Shown here: piece after piece, positions 39,199 to 48,997 of the stretch
How positions within the stretch are numbered: position 1 is the stretch's first letter
Layout of the letters: each line of letters opens with the position of its first letter
NCBI GenBank assembly: GCA_004524535.1
Contig: SDNY01000001.1
Coordinates: 37,146-101,145 of the forward strand
Source: Promethearchaeota archaeon
GTDB taxonomy: Archaea > Asgardarchaeota > Lokiarchaeia > Sigyniarchaeales > SOKP01
Direction of reading: 5' to 3'
Length of the DNA: 64,000 bases
Notes under the pieces: generated by a model
The model's database searches: none
Seen by the model: the letters and a program-made list of their open reading frames with translations, nothing else
What the model was told of the DNA's origin: nothing
Made by a program: the position numbers and the translations under genes

Positions 39199-40575
39199 TT
39201 ATTTATTGAAAATTTCAACTAAATAATTCTTAAAATCACTATAATCGTTGATTACCACTGGATTTGGAAATTCAGACTTATTTTGAATAATTTCCAGGGA
39301 TTTAGGAATCTTAGGAGTTATATTTATTAAAGAAATTATTTCTTCTGGGAATTTAGCGGGATCAGCAGTTTCAAAATTAATGAGCTTATAACTGTTATCT
39401 TCGGGAAAATCGATACGATATTTTTCTAAACAAGCCCAACCTACAGCTCCATGTGGTTCAATTATTTTTTTATTATATTTCTTATAGAAATTTACAATTG
39501 TTTCTTTAGTTAGCTCATTAGTTATGGAATAAGACACTATATCTTTGCGTATTCTTTCCAAATCGGGTATCTTATGCATAACACCTGTTTCATCAATTTG
39601 ACCCCCATATAGATCAATTAATCTAGCGAAATTCGAAGGATGTCCTACATTCATGGCATTACTAATACATTTCTTTGAGGGTTCAACCTTTTCATATTTC
39701 CCAGTTTCTAAGAATTTTGGAAATTCATCATTCTCGTTTACGGCAGAAATGAACCTTTTAACTGGGAGCCCCATATTAGATGCAATTAATCCTCCCATTA
39801 AGTTTCCGAAATTTCCAGAAGGTACTGAAAAAATAACTTCTTCCCCTTTCTTTTCAATCACACTTGAATAACTGTAAAAATAATAGAGGGTTTGAGGCAT
39901 CAATCTTCCAAAGTTTATAGAATTTGCTGAAGAAAGGCCTATATGCTGTAAATCGGGATCTGCGAAGGCAATTTTGACCAAACGTTGACAATCATCAAAT
40001 TTTCCTGTGATTCCGATAGCCGTAACATTTTTTCCAAGTGTAGTCATCTGTTTCCTCTGTAAATCACTTATCTCATCCTTTGGAAAAAGCACTACTACTT
40101 TTATACGATTCATTTCATAAAATGCTTGAGCAACTGCTCCTCCTGTATCTCCAGAGGTTGCTGTTAAAATTACAGCATTTTTATTATCTTCTTCAAGGAA
40201 ATATTCCATAATTCTCGCAAGCGTGCGAGCCCCGAAATCTTTAAAACTAGCGGTAGGTCCTTGATCAAGATAGCACTGGTAATCATTGTTTCCGATATGT
40301 TCAACGGGAACTGAGAAATTTAGAGCACCTTTCAAAATCTTTTTAAGCTCAGGCTTAGGTATTATATTACCAATAATATTGGATATTACTATGAATCCTA
40401 TTTCATCAAGGGACAAGTCCTTAAATGAATAGATTTGCTCTTCGGTTAGTTTAGGTATTTCATTTAGCATATAGAGTCCTTTATCTAAAGCTTGACCTCT
40501 TATTATCGCTGTCTTAAAATCCACATCGGGAGTATTTTTGTTAGTAGAATGAAACATTATACCATTAGTTGTCAT
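39199..40575 (-). CDS. thrC: Threonine synthase
   Basis: PLP-lysine motif GPTASFKDFGAR, TSGDTGGA and PSGNFGN. Length is typical of long-form ThrC. Confidence 0.85.
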   Translation of the reverse strand: MTTNGIMFHSTNKNTPDVDFKTAIIRGQALDKGLYMLNEIPKLTEEQIYSFKDLSLDEIGFIVISNIIGNIIPKPELKKILKGALNFSVPVEHIGNNDYQCYLDQGPTASFKDFGARTLARIMEYFLEEDNKNAVILTATSGDTGGAVAQAFYEMNRIKVVVLFPKDEISDLQRKQMTTLGKNVTAIGITGKFDDCQRLVKIAFADPDLQHIGLSSANSINFGRLMPQTLYYFYSYSSVIEKKGEEVIFSVPSGNFGNLMGGLIASNMGLPVKRFISAVNENDEFPKFLETGKYEKVEPSKKCISNAMNVGHPSNFARLIDLYGGQIDETGVMHKIPDLERIRKDIVSYSITNELTKETIVNFYKKYNKKIIEPHGAVGWACLEKYRIDFPEDNSYKLINFETADPAKFPEEIISLINITPKIPKSLEIIQNKSEFPNPVVINDYSDFKNYLVEIFNK

Positions 40576-40680
40576 GATTCTATTCTTTTTATTTTAAGCT
40601 ATTAAATTTAAAAAGTGTTTTAAAATTCAAAATATTTTCCCTTAGTTAAAAAAATAAATCTTATATCAAATTCATTAATT

Positions 40681-41988
40681 CTATATTTGTTCAATATTCC
40701 TTTGACCAGGAATAATTGAATTAGGTCCACTAGTGATATAAGCAATAATTGTTGCTACCCCTGCGGGAATAAATAATAATGGAACCCATGTCATTTCTAT
40801 TATAATAAATATAGACGCAATAGGATTATTGGTTGCTGCGCCTAATGCTGCTGAGATTCCCAGTAATACAAATAATTCAGGATTTTCTGGATAAAAAAAC
40901 ACCCCAAAAACGCCTCCAAGAATTGCCCCTAAGAACATCAGTGGCATTATTATACCTGCGCTATTCATAGTTCCAATAGATAAAATTATAGCAATTGTTA
41001 TTATTAGTAATAATATTAAGAGAAAAGTCAATAGATTCAACCCTAAATTCTCAGTTAATATCGAAATAAAATTAAAATCAGGATGAGAGAGTTCTGAACG
41101 GTACCCAACTTTAATAATTGGTATTGTAAGAAGAAGAAAAAGACCATAAGCACATCCTCCAATCAATGGTAAAATCCAGAGTCCTGGTTTTTTTTTTAAT
41201 TTATTCCTTAATATGCTCGTTAATCCTCTTAAAAAATAAGTTAAGAATAAAATAAATATCCCAACAAAAACACCAAACGCGATTAAAAAGGGTAATAAAG
41301 AAATATAATTCACTTTATCCGGGCTAATGGATGAAAGGTTTGTTTTTATTAGAGGACTAAATCCAAAGAATAAACAAAAAATGATATAACCTATTATAGC
41401 AGCAATAATTGAGGGTATTAACGATTTATATCTTATATGATTATTATAAGGTAGTTCTGCACAAAATAATGCCCCACTTATCGGGGCTTTTAATATGGCT
41501 GCGGTGCACGCGCTAGCACCTATAAAAGATGCATCCTCTTTATCTTGACCGAGCTTTTCTGAAAGTAGTGCTCCTAGATTAGCTCCAATTAATAAGCCAG
41601 GACCTTCCCTTCCACATATCATTCCAGACCCATAAGTCCATGATGTTGCAAAAGTTTTACCAAAGACTATCGATATTCTTTTGGAAGCATTTTCTTCTTC
41701 ACTGGAAGTTACCTCTCTTATGAATTCTGGTGATCCCGTACCTAAAATCTCTTCTAAATTACCAAATTTAACCAATAAACTCGTTAATATTCCTGCCAAA
41801 ATCGGAGCTAAAAAATATGGCAATAATGAAAATGTTATTTGAAAGAAAATTAAGAGATAGTTAAATAAAACCATAATAAATCCGCAAATCACACCCAAGA
41901 TAATTGCTAATAGAAGAATCTGGATTAAATCCTTAGTCCAAGAAACAGTTCGTTCGATTTCTATTGAAATTGAAGTTTTTTTTGACAT
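40681..41988 (-). CDS. ClC-family voltage-gated chloride channel/antiporter
   Basis: GTGSPE, GREGPGLLIGANLG and GIIMPLMFLGA selectivity-filter-like motifs in a polytopic protein. Confidence 0.8.
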   Translation of the reverse strand: MSKKTSISIEIERTVSWTKDLIQILLLAIILGVICGFIMVLFNYLLIFFQITFSLLPYFLAPILAGILTSLLVKFGNLEEILGTGSPEFIREVTSSEEENASKRISIVFGKTFATSWTYGSGMICGREGPGLLIGANLGALLSEKLGQDKEDASFIGASACTAAILKAPISGALFCAELPYNNHIRYKSLIPSIIAAIIGYIIFCLFFGFSPLIKTNLSSISPDKVNYISLLPFLIAFGVFVGIFILFLTYFLRGLTSILRNKLKKKPGLWILPLIGGCAYGLFLLLTIPIIKVGYRSELSHPDFNFISILTENLGLNLLTFLLILLLIITIAIILSIGTMNSAGIIMPLMFLGAILGGVFGVFFYPENPELFVLLGISAALGAATNNPIASIFIIIEMTWVPLLFIPAGVATIIAYITSGPNSIIPGQRNIEQI

Positions 41989-42018
41989 AGGATATTTTTA
42001 AGAAGAATTTTATATATT

Positions 42019-42576
42019 TTAAAATGTGTCTGTGAATCTTAAATTCTCAGAGTTATTGAATTTTAATAATTCATTAATTTTCTTCACAGCTTCCTCTGCT
42101 GTTTTTACACCATAAACCATATCTGATCTTCTGTCATCTACTTTTTTATTTGCCATCTCGGAAGACCAGCCTCCTACATCAGTCAAAGCAACAATAGGTT
42201 TCTGATATATCCAAGCAAGAGCGATTTCTGTCAATGTACCCGCTTTTCCCGCAATAGCTATGCAAGCGTCTCCACTAAGAACGACTACTAAATTTCTCGC
42301 TTGAGAAAAGGGTACGGGAATAGCAATATCAACATATTTGTTTGCAGCACTTTTTTCCTTAGAAGGTACAATTCCAATAGTTAATCCGCCTTCTTGTTTG
42401 GCACCTTTACACACTGCTTCCATTACTCCTGAAAGACCTCCACAAGAAATAGCATATCCGTTTTTCGCTAATAGTCTCCCTATTTCAATTGTTTTTTTTT
42501 CTGTATCACTATCAATATCGCTAGCCCCAATAACTGAGATAACACCTCGACAATCTTTTTTAAAGTCGAATTTCAT
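42019..42576 (-). CDS. LOG/TIGR00725-family Rossmann protein
   Basis: ISVIGASD, GGLSGVMEAVCKGA and IAIAGKAGTLTEIALAW match the LOG-like layout. Confidence 0.6.
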   Translation of the reverse strand: MKFDFKKDCRGVISVIGASDIDSDTEKKTIEIGRLLAKNGYAISCGGLSGVMEAVCKGAKQEGGLTIGIVPSKEKSAANKYVDIAIPVPFSQARNLVVVLSGDACIAIAGKAGTLTEIALAWIYQKPIVALTDVGGWSSEMANKKVDDRRSDMVYGVKTAEEAVKKINELLKFNNSENLRFTDTF

Positions 42577-42583
42577 AGAAGAA

Positions 42584-43597
42584 TTATCCCCTTTTTTTAA
42601 CTATATTAATCAAATCATTCAATATAGCTGATGCCGCTTCAGGTCCACCCGCCCCTCTTCCCATCAGAACGATTGGTCCTGCATATTTTGTCTGTAATTC
42701 CATTACATTAAGTGTTCCCGAGATATTTAAAGGTGAATCTCTTTCAATTAACCTTGGCTCTACGATCAATTCATCTTCATCAACTATAGCTAAATGTTTA
42801 ATTATAAGACCATCACTTTTGGCCAACTCTATGGTTTGTGGTGTTATTTTAGAGATCCCTTTAATTTTTACATCTTTAATGGTTTTTCTCCAACCAAGTA
42901 ACTTATTAGCTAATATCACCAATTTTCCAGCAGCATCGAAACCTTCAATATCCAGAGTTGGATCTGTCTCAGCGATTCCTAATTCTTGAGCTTCCTTTAA
43001 AGCTTTGGAAAATGTGATTCCCTCAGCAGCCATTCGACTAAGAATGTAGTTACATGTCCCATTTAATATTGCCTTGATCCGAGTAATTTGATTTCCTATA
43101 AGACAATCAGCGATTGATAAAGCGGGCACAACACTAGCAACTGACGCTTCATATTTAACAATTAAATTATTATTTTTTGCTAAATCCTCAATTTGTTGAT
43201 ATTTTAAATAAAATGGCCCTTTATTTGAAGAAACAACGTTTATTCCATTATTTAAAGCCTCCATAATATGTGATAATGCTGGTTCTCCAGTATTAGGATT
43301 GGTTGGTGTGGCTTCAACACAGATATTTATATCCAATTTTTTATATAAATCCGTAGGTTTGGAATCAACTTTCCAATAAGGAAGTTCCCTAAATCTTTCT
43401 CCTTTACTTAGAACTTCTTCTAAATTAATTCCATCTTCATTTATTAATGCTCCATCATATTCCACGATTGCAACCATTTTAATATTTAAATTAAATTTTT
43501 CGTTCAGAATTTCACTCTTTTCTTTTAATAATTCAATTAAACTCGTTCCAACGTTGCCCTTTCCAATCAAACAAATTTTAATATCCATTTTATTCAC
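42584..43597 (-). CDS. hom: Homoserine dehydrogenase
   Basis: N-terminal LIGKGNVGTSL Rossmann motif, VSSNKGP, and a C-terminal catalytic region AETDPTLDIEGFDAAGKLVILAN. Confidence 0.85.
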   Translation of the reverse strand: MNKMDIKICLIGKGNVGTSLIELLKEKSEILNEKFNLNIKMVAIVEYDGALINEDGINLEEVLSKGERFRELPYWKVDSKPTDLYKKLDINICVEATPTNPNTGEPALSHIMEALNNGINVVSSNKGPFYLKYQQIEDLAKNNNLIVKYEASVASVVPALSIADCLIGNQITRIKAILNGTCNYILSRMAAEGITFSKALKEAQELGIAETDPTLDIEGFDAAGKLVILANKLLGWRKTIKDVKIKGISKITPQTIELAKSDGLIIKHLAIVDEDELIVEPRLIERDSPLNISGTLNVMELQTKYAGPIVLMGRGAGGPEAASAILNDLINIVKKRG

Positions 43598-43849
43598 AGA
43601 TTACTAAAAAAATTATCAAATATATTTTCTATTTGAATATTACATAAAAATTTATGCTACTATTAAACTTTAATAGAAAATTGAAATTTTATTATCATTC
43701 AATAATTAATAATTTGGTTATGAAATATTATTAAGATTTATTTTATATTCTATTGGTAGCCATAAGATATCATATATCTGTTCTAAGATAATAGATAGAA
43801 ATGAAAAAAATGAAAAATTTATAATTCATTGATTTTAAGGATTTAACTC

Positions 43850-45505
43850 TTATTGAATGAAATAATAAAGGAAGATTTCTCTTACAAAATTAAAAATTGG
43901 TTTAAAAAATTTAAAAAATAGATTAATAATGATTAAGTATATTACCATAAAAATCGCAAAAATATATATAACATAATTAAATAATGAGTCATCTTCAATG
44001 TTAACGACCATTCTATTACTATCGAATATTAAAATCCCTATTAAAAAGCAAGATATCGGAGCTATATGTAAAAGCATTCTATCATATGATGTACTTACGT
44101 GAAACTTGACTGGTAACGGTGTTATTATATATACATAGATATAAACTAAGAAGTGAATGAAAACTAAAAGAAAAAGGAAAAAATTATCCTCTTTAAATAG
44201 CACATTGTAGTTAAGGATTATTAAAAAGACTATAACAATCCAAAAAAAAATACCCCAATTATACGGTTGAATAATTAATATAAATCCCCATATTGAAATA
44301 TTTGAAATTCTTCTTAGAGTTCCTCGAAAATACAAAATAATCAAAACACGACCGAGATACATAGATGGATATCTATTTAAAATAACAAACAATAACCATG
44401 GTAAAAAAATTATGAAACCTAAAATAAAAGAACTCAAAAAATTCTTAAGAACATCATTTGGGATAATCATGTTCTTTCGATATTGAAACAAAAAATATAA
44501 GGTTAGTATCAGGATATTAACGAAAAAGAGATAATATCCTTCTTGTTTTGTCCATGCCATTAATCCCATAAATATGGATGAATAGATTAGATAATATTGC
44601 TTCTTAGTTTTAAAATAGAAAAATATGAAAATTGTACTAATAGTATAAAAAAAAGTAAACGGAATATCGGCATATACGCATTTTGCCATTTTAAAGGTTT
44701 CTCCAACGATGGCGAATAATGTAGTAATTAGTATAGAGTATGTTCGACTTAACTTGAAAGATCTCAAGGAATAGTATAGGAATATAAGTAAGGAAATGAA
44801 ATAAAAAAGAGTTAGAATTTTAGCAAAATGATATTCAGTAAGATAAAGAGAATAAAAGAAACATAAATTTAAAGGAACTAATAATGGATAATTTTGTCTA
44901 TCCAATTTATTTAAAAATTTAAAATCCCCTCCATTAAAAAGTTTTTTGGCTCTTAGATTCCATATAAACACTTCATCCCAACCCCTAAAGGGATATATAA
45001 ACCAATGGGAACTAAGATAAATTAACTCAATTATTAATAGGAAAATGCAAAAATATTCTATTTTATTAAATCTTTGACGTTTTATTGTTTTCACAATCTC
45101 ATTTATATCCCCTTTCAAATTAATATAGATTTTAAAGAATATCAATAAAAATATCGATAGAATCAATATAGGTAAAAATGATAATCTTGAATGAAGCCCC
45201 ATTAAAATACTGAGAAACATTGATAAACAAAGGAATCCAGTTCCTAAGCCATAACTAAGAGCACATTTCACTAATGGAGGAAATTCATTATTACTAGGAA
45301 GAAAATATAGTACAGTGTATCCAATAAAAAAAATTATTATTAGGCCTAAAATAGTAGTAGATATGAACCATAGATATTCCAAAAATGTTAAAGGATCTAA
45401 ATTATAAAAGCGTGGCTTAAAAATGTAAAATGTAAAGATCGCACATAATGTTGTTGTCCCTAATAAAAAAAAAAATATTAGACGGGGGATAGAATATTCT
45501 TTCAT
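43850..45505 (-). CDS. Large polytopic membrane protein, possible GT-C-fold (ArnT/PMT-like) glycosyltransferase
   Basis: 551 aa with more than 12 hydrophobic helices. The loop motif RGWDEVFIW resembles the DE-containing first loop of GT-C enzymes. Weak evidence. Confidence 0.45.
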   Translation of the reverse strand: MKEYSIPRLIFFFLLGTTTLCAIFTFYIFKPRFYNLDPLTFLEYLWFISTTILGLIIIFFIGYTVLYFLPSNNEFPPLVKCALSYGLGTGFLCLSMFLSILMGLHSRLSFLPILILSIFLLIFFKIYINLKGDINEIVKTIKRQRFNKIEYFCIFLLIIELIYLSSHWFIYPFRGWDEVFIWNLRAKKLFNGGDFKFLNKLDRQNYPLLVPLNLCFFYSLYLTEYHFAKILTLFYFISLLIFLYYSLRSFKLSRTYSILITTLFAIVGETFKMAKCVYADIPFTFFYTISTIFIFFYFKTKKQYYLIYSSIFMGLMAWTKQEGYYLFFVNILILTLYFLFQYRKNMIIPNDVLKNFLSSFILGFIIFLPWLLFVILNRYPSMYLGRVLIILYFRGTLRRISNISIWGFILIIQPYNWGIFFWIVIVFLIILNYNVLFKEDNFFLFLLVFIHFLVYIYVYIITPLPVKFHVSTSYDRMLLHIAPISCFLIGILIFDSNRMVVNIEDDSLFNYVIYIFAIFMVIYLIIINLFFKFFKPIFNFVREIFLYYFIQ

Positions 45506-45619
45506 TTCAATAGAAATCCATTAATATAACGTAAAAATATAATTTCATTGGTTATTATTTCAAATAATAAATATGTTATTATCATTTAAAAATTAATATT
45601 TTTAAAAGATTCCTATACT

Positions 45620-45754
45620 TTAATTTTGTGTCCAGCGTAAGTGTTTTGGGATTCTCTTGCCACATTCGGGGCAAAACTGCAATTCTTTCTCAATAAGCTC
45701 TTTACATTGAGGGCATTTGATTTTTCCTTCAGGGTTTTTGCTCTTTTTAGGCAT
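45620..45754 (-). CDS. Small zinc-ribbon protein (44 aa), absent from the ORF track
   Basis: Hand translation: MPKKSKNPEGKIKCPQCKELIEKELQFCPECGKRIPKHLRWTQN, with two CPxC pairs. Confidence 0.45.
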   Translation of the reverse strand: MPKKSKNPEGKIKCPQCKELIEKELQFCPECGKRIPKHLRWTQN

Positions 45755-45789
45755 TTTTGATAGGATATTATTATAATATTTTTAATAAA

Positions 45790-46293
45790 TTATGCTCTAA
45801 TTAAAGATAGATTCTTTTCTTCACATATCTTTTTAAGTTCTTCTATGAATTCTTTTTCTTCAATTGTTTCTGGGACTTCAAATTTAAACTTAACATTGCT
45901 AACTTCTTCAAGTTCCGTAAATTTAGCTTGTAATTCTTTGGTTTTAATCCCTTTAGCCGCCAATCTTTTAATCGTATCAAGAACATCTGTATCAAATACA
46001 TGTCCAGTTATTATTATAACAAAATGCCTCTTTTTCGCACCGAAAGTTATTTTGTCAATTGGAATGTTCTTTTCGAAGAGTTCTTTTTGAATTTTCTCCA
46101 AGCTGATATCTTTTAATTCTTCGTTCAAATCAAAAGTTATTTCGACAGGAATCATATTATTTATTTTCTTGTCATGATAGTGAAGTATAGAATAGATATT
46201 CCCGCCGTTATCTGAAATTGGGGAAATCAACTCAACCAGAGTACCAGGCGTATCAGGCAATTTTACTACTATATTTACTTCTAAATTTGTCAT
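45790..46293 (-). CDS. ACT-domain protein
   Basis: VVKLPDTPGTLVELISPISDNGGNIYSILH is a typical ACT beta-alpha-beta start. The gene is near hom and thrC. Confidence 0.6.
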   Translation of the reverse strand: MTNLEVNIVVKLPDTPGTLVELISPISDNGGNIYSILHYHDKKINNMIPVEITFDLNEELKDISLEKIQKELFEKNIPIDKITFGAKKRHFVIIITGHVFDTDVLDTIKRLAAKGIKTKELQAKFTELEEVSNVKFKFEVPETIEEKEFIEELKKICEEKNLSLIRA

Positions 46294-46314
46294 TTTTAAT
46301 AAACCAATTAAAAT

Positions 46315-47271
46315 CTAAAATTTAATTACATCTACTTTATCTTTACCATCATTTATTTTTAGAATCTTTTGTTTAATAATTTTTCCAATAACATTAGCCT
46401 CTAAACCGTATTTTTTAAAAACTTTAATTATCGATTCAGTATTATTATCTGAAGCTGTTAATATAAAAGAGGTTGTTAAATACATTTTAATATACATTTC
46501 TAATGTATAATTAAGCCCTTTTAATTGAGGAGGTATTATAATTTTATTTACATTCACATCTGCACCAACATTAGAATAATTTGATAGTTGGAGAATAGTT
46601 CCAAAAATTCCCCCATTTGAAATATCTTTAGATGCATTTGCGAGGTGTTTTTCAGCTATTATATTCATAGATTTTCTTTTCATTAATATATCTTCAGAAT
46701 TTTTGAAAGTCACTGTATCAAAATAGAGTTTGCTTGCTTTTCCTATTCTTCCGTCAAAATCAACAGCTAATATTATATTATCGTTAATCTGAGCATTTAT
46801 TGCCGATATATAATTATTTTTATCAATCTCTCCAATCATAGTGGAACTAAGCTCATAACAAATTCCATTTGGATTAGTGTGCCCCCTGATTATTGGAACA
46901 TGAAATTTTTTAGAAGCTTCACATATACCTTCTAAAATAATTTTGCATGTATCAATGTTCTTAACTGAGATGATTAAACTTGCGGCAATAGGAATCCCTC
47001 CACAGGCGTAAATATCATCTACACTAACTAATATTGAACTAAATCCGGCCCCAAAAGGAAACTTCTCAATAAAGCCAGTTTTTATTCTATCTGTTGTAAC
47101 TAATATATATCTATCATTATCTTTTATAGCAGCTGAATCTTGACCTATATCTGAAAAAATTCGAGAACTTTTAAATGAATTATAATCGATATATTGAACT
47201 ATAGGGCTAATCGCTATTTTTTCTATTATATTTTCGTTTTTTCTTATGCTTTCAGCTATTTTTTTTAACAT
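46315..47271 (-). CDS. AIR-synthase-related (PurM/ThiL/HypE superfamily) protein
   Basis: GQDSAAIKDNDRYILVTTDRI plus a Gly-rich GGIPIAASL N-domain, and a C-domain with DISNGGIFGT. Confidence 0.6.
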   Translation of the reverse strand: MLKKIAESIRKNENIIEKIAISPIVQYIDYNSFKSSRIFSDIGQDSAAIKDNDRYILVTTDRIKTGFIEKFPFGAGFSSILVSVDDIYACGGIPIAASLIISVKNIDTCKIILEGICEASKKFHVPIIRGHTNPNGICYELSSTMIGEIDKNNYISAINAQINDNIILAVDFDGRIGKASKLYFDTVTFKNSEDILMKRKSMNIIAEKHLANASKDISNGGIFGTILQLSNYSNVGADVNVNKIIIPPQLKGLNYTLEMYIKMYLTTSFILTASDNNTESIIKVFKKYGLEANVIGKIIKQKILKINDGKDKVDVIKF

Positions 47272-47645
47272 CTAAGTTTCTTATATAAAGCTATTAATAA
47301 TTATTTTACCTAAAATTATGATAAGAGATTGGAAATTGATCTTTAAAAAAATAATTAGATGAAATTTTATAGAAATCAATCCTTTATTTTCTTTTTTTAC
47401 GAAAAAACCACGTTGTAAAAGTTTTTTAAAATGGTATTATGTTTTAACTCTTTTCTTTCCTAACCTTTTTATTATTTCTTGATAATTTTTAATAAGATTA
47501 TCTCTAATATCGCCCTTTTAATTTAGAAATCATATATAATAATAGATATTAAAAATGTATTAATTTCTATTATATATAACTAAAGATTTTTTTATTTAAT
47601 AAATATAAAAAAAAAAAATATAAAAGTTAAAATTTTGAAAAATTA

Positions 47646-47846
47646 GTGAAAATTATGGAGACTAAAACTTTAATTATGATGTTATTCAATGTTGCTTTAA
47701 TTTTGGCTGTTGCTGGAATCATTACAACCATAGCTCGAATTTTTATAATCTATAAACCAATAATTTTTCTTTATGTTCCAATAATCCTTATCGCACTTGG
47801 TTTACTTTTACAGATATATTTGAAAGAGAAAGAATTAACAGATTAA
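47646..47846 (+). CDS. Small two-TM membrane protein
   Basis: ORF with two hydrophobic helices. GTG at 47646 or ATG at 47655. Confidence 0.35.
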   Translation: MKIMETKTLIMMLFNVALILAVAGIITTIARIFIIYKPIIFLYVPIILIALGLLLQIYLKEKELTD

Positions 47847-47988
47847 ATACTTTTCAATTTTTTTTTTTACTTATTTCCAGAAACTTAAATCTTTATTTAA
47901 GAGCTCTAAAAAAGATTGAATTGATCTTAATCTAAAATTTTTTAGATTCTTTCAACATTTACTATTAACCTTAGCATTAATTATTTTC

Positions 47989-48891
47989 TTAAAAGATTAA
48001 CTTCATTGGTGTTTTTTCCGATATTTTTTCTCTTAATATTCTCTTACGGTAATAAGAATTTATTCCTGAGATTAATGCGATTGAAGGAACAACACATTTT
48101 GCGTATTTCACACCACCAAATAATATAAAATCACTACCTGCATCTGCACAATATGTCATAAGAGAAGCAATTGCTCCACATCGAGAACTAATTCCAAACT
48201 TTTTGACAAACTCCCACCCATATATTGCATTAGAAGGAGCAAATCCTGTAGGTAGACCTAATTCACTTTTAACTAGTCGTGTGGTTTCCACATTTATACA
48301 AATTGAAGGCAAGTCCAACACTGCCGCATCCACAATAATATTTTCAATTTGTGCTTTTTGAGACATAGGAATTAATTTTTCATTAAGTAGTTTTAATTTT
48401 TGTTCAGGAAAGATATATCTATTGCCGAAGGCTAAAAGAACAGCGTTTCTCACTCCAATATTTTTTAATTTATCTAAATTTTCATCGCTCGTGTTATCAT
48501 CAATACTATTTAATATAGCCCTGGCTAATAATCCGATTTCTTTTAATCCTTCCATTGCTGGGATCCGAATACTATCATTTAATCCATCAACTAAAAATGG
48601 ACAATCTACTATATCAGCAATGTATTCACATTGTTTTATAAGTGCTTCAGGATGCGCTCCTACAACATCAATAATCGCCTGCATCCCTGTTTCTTCTATA
48701 ATTGTTAAAAACTCGTTTAATTCTTGTTCTACTATATTTTTATCGATTCTCCCTGCCTTTTCATCTAATAGAGCTTTATGATTTTTATAAAAGACAGATC
48801 CAATCAAAACTATTGGATTTTCACCGGGTTGTCCTCCGATTTTAACATTTCCAATTTCTACTACTTTTTGGTTTTTTTCAAATTTTAGCAT
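47989..48891 (-). CDS. mtrH: MtrH-like methyltransferase (tetrahydromethanopterin S-methyltransferase subunit H family)
   Basis: The N-terminus MLKFEKNQKVVEIGNVKIGGQPGENPIVLIGSVFY closely matches the MtrH signature (F.KEQ.V.EI.G.K.GGQPGE.PT.L.G..FY). Confidence 0.75.
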   Translation of the reverse strand: MLKFEKNQKVVEIGNVKIGGQPGENPIVLIGSVFYKNHKALLDEKAGRIDKNIVEQELNEFLTIIEETGMQAIIDVVGAHPEALIKQCEYIADIVDCPFLVDGLNDSIRIPAMEGLKEIGLLARAILNSIDDNTSDENLDKLKNIGVRNAVLLAFGNRYIFPEQKLKLLNEKLIPMSQKAQIENIIVDAAVLDLPSICINVETTRLVKSELGLPTGFAPSNAIYGWEFVKKFGISSRCGAIASLMTYCADAGSDFILFGGVKYAKCVVPSIALISGINSYYRKRILREKISEKTPMKLIF

Positions 48892-48997
48892 AAACTAGTA
48901 AAGAATATCAAAAATAAAAGATATACTCTAAATTTGAGTTTGAAATAATTCTCAGGAAAACTTCCCAGTAAAGTGGAAAAATCTGGTAATAAGAAAA

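Noticed and set aside
42338-42631. 97-aa plus-strand ORF spanning the LOG-like/hom junction
   Set aside because: It is antisense to two motif-supported genes.
48422-48781. 119-aa plus-strand ORF
   Set aside because: It is antisense to the mtrH-like gene.
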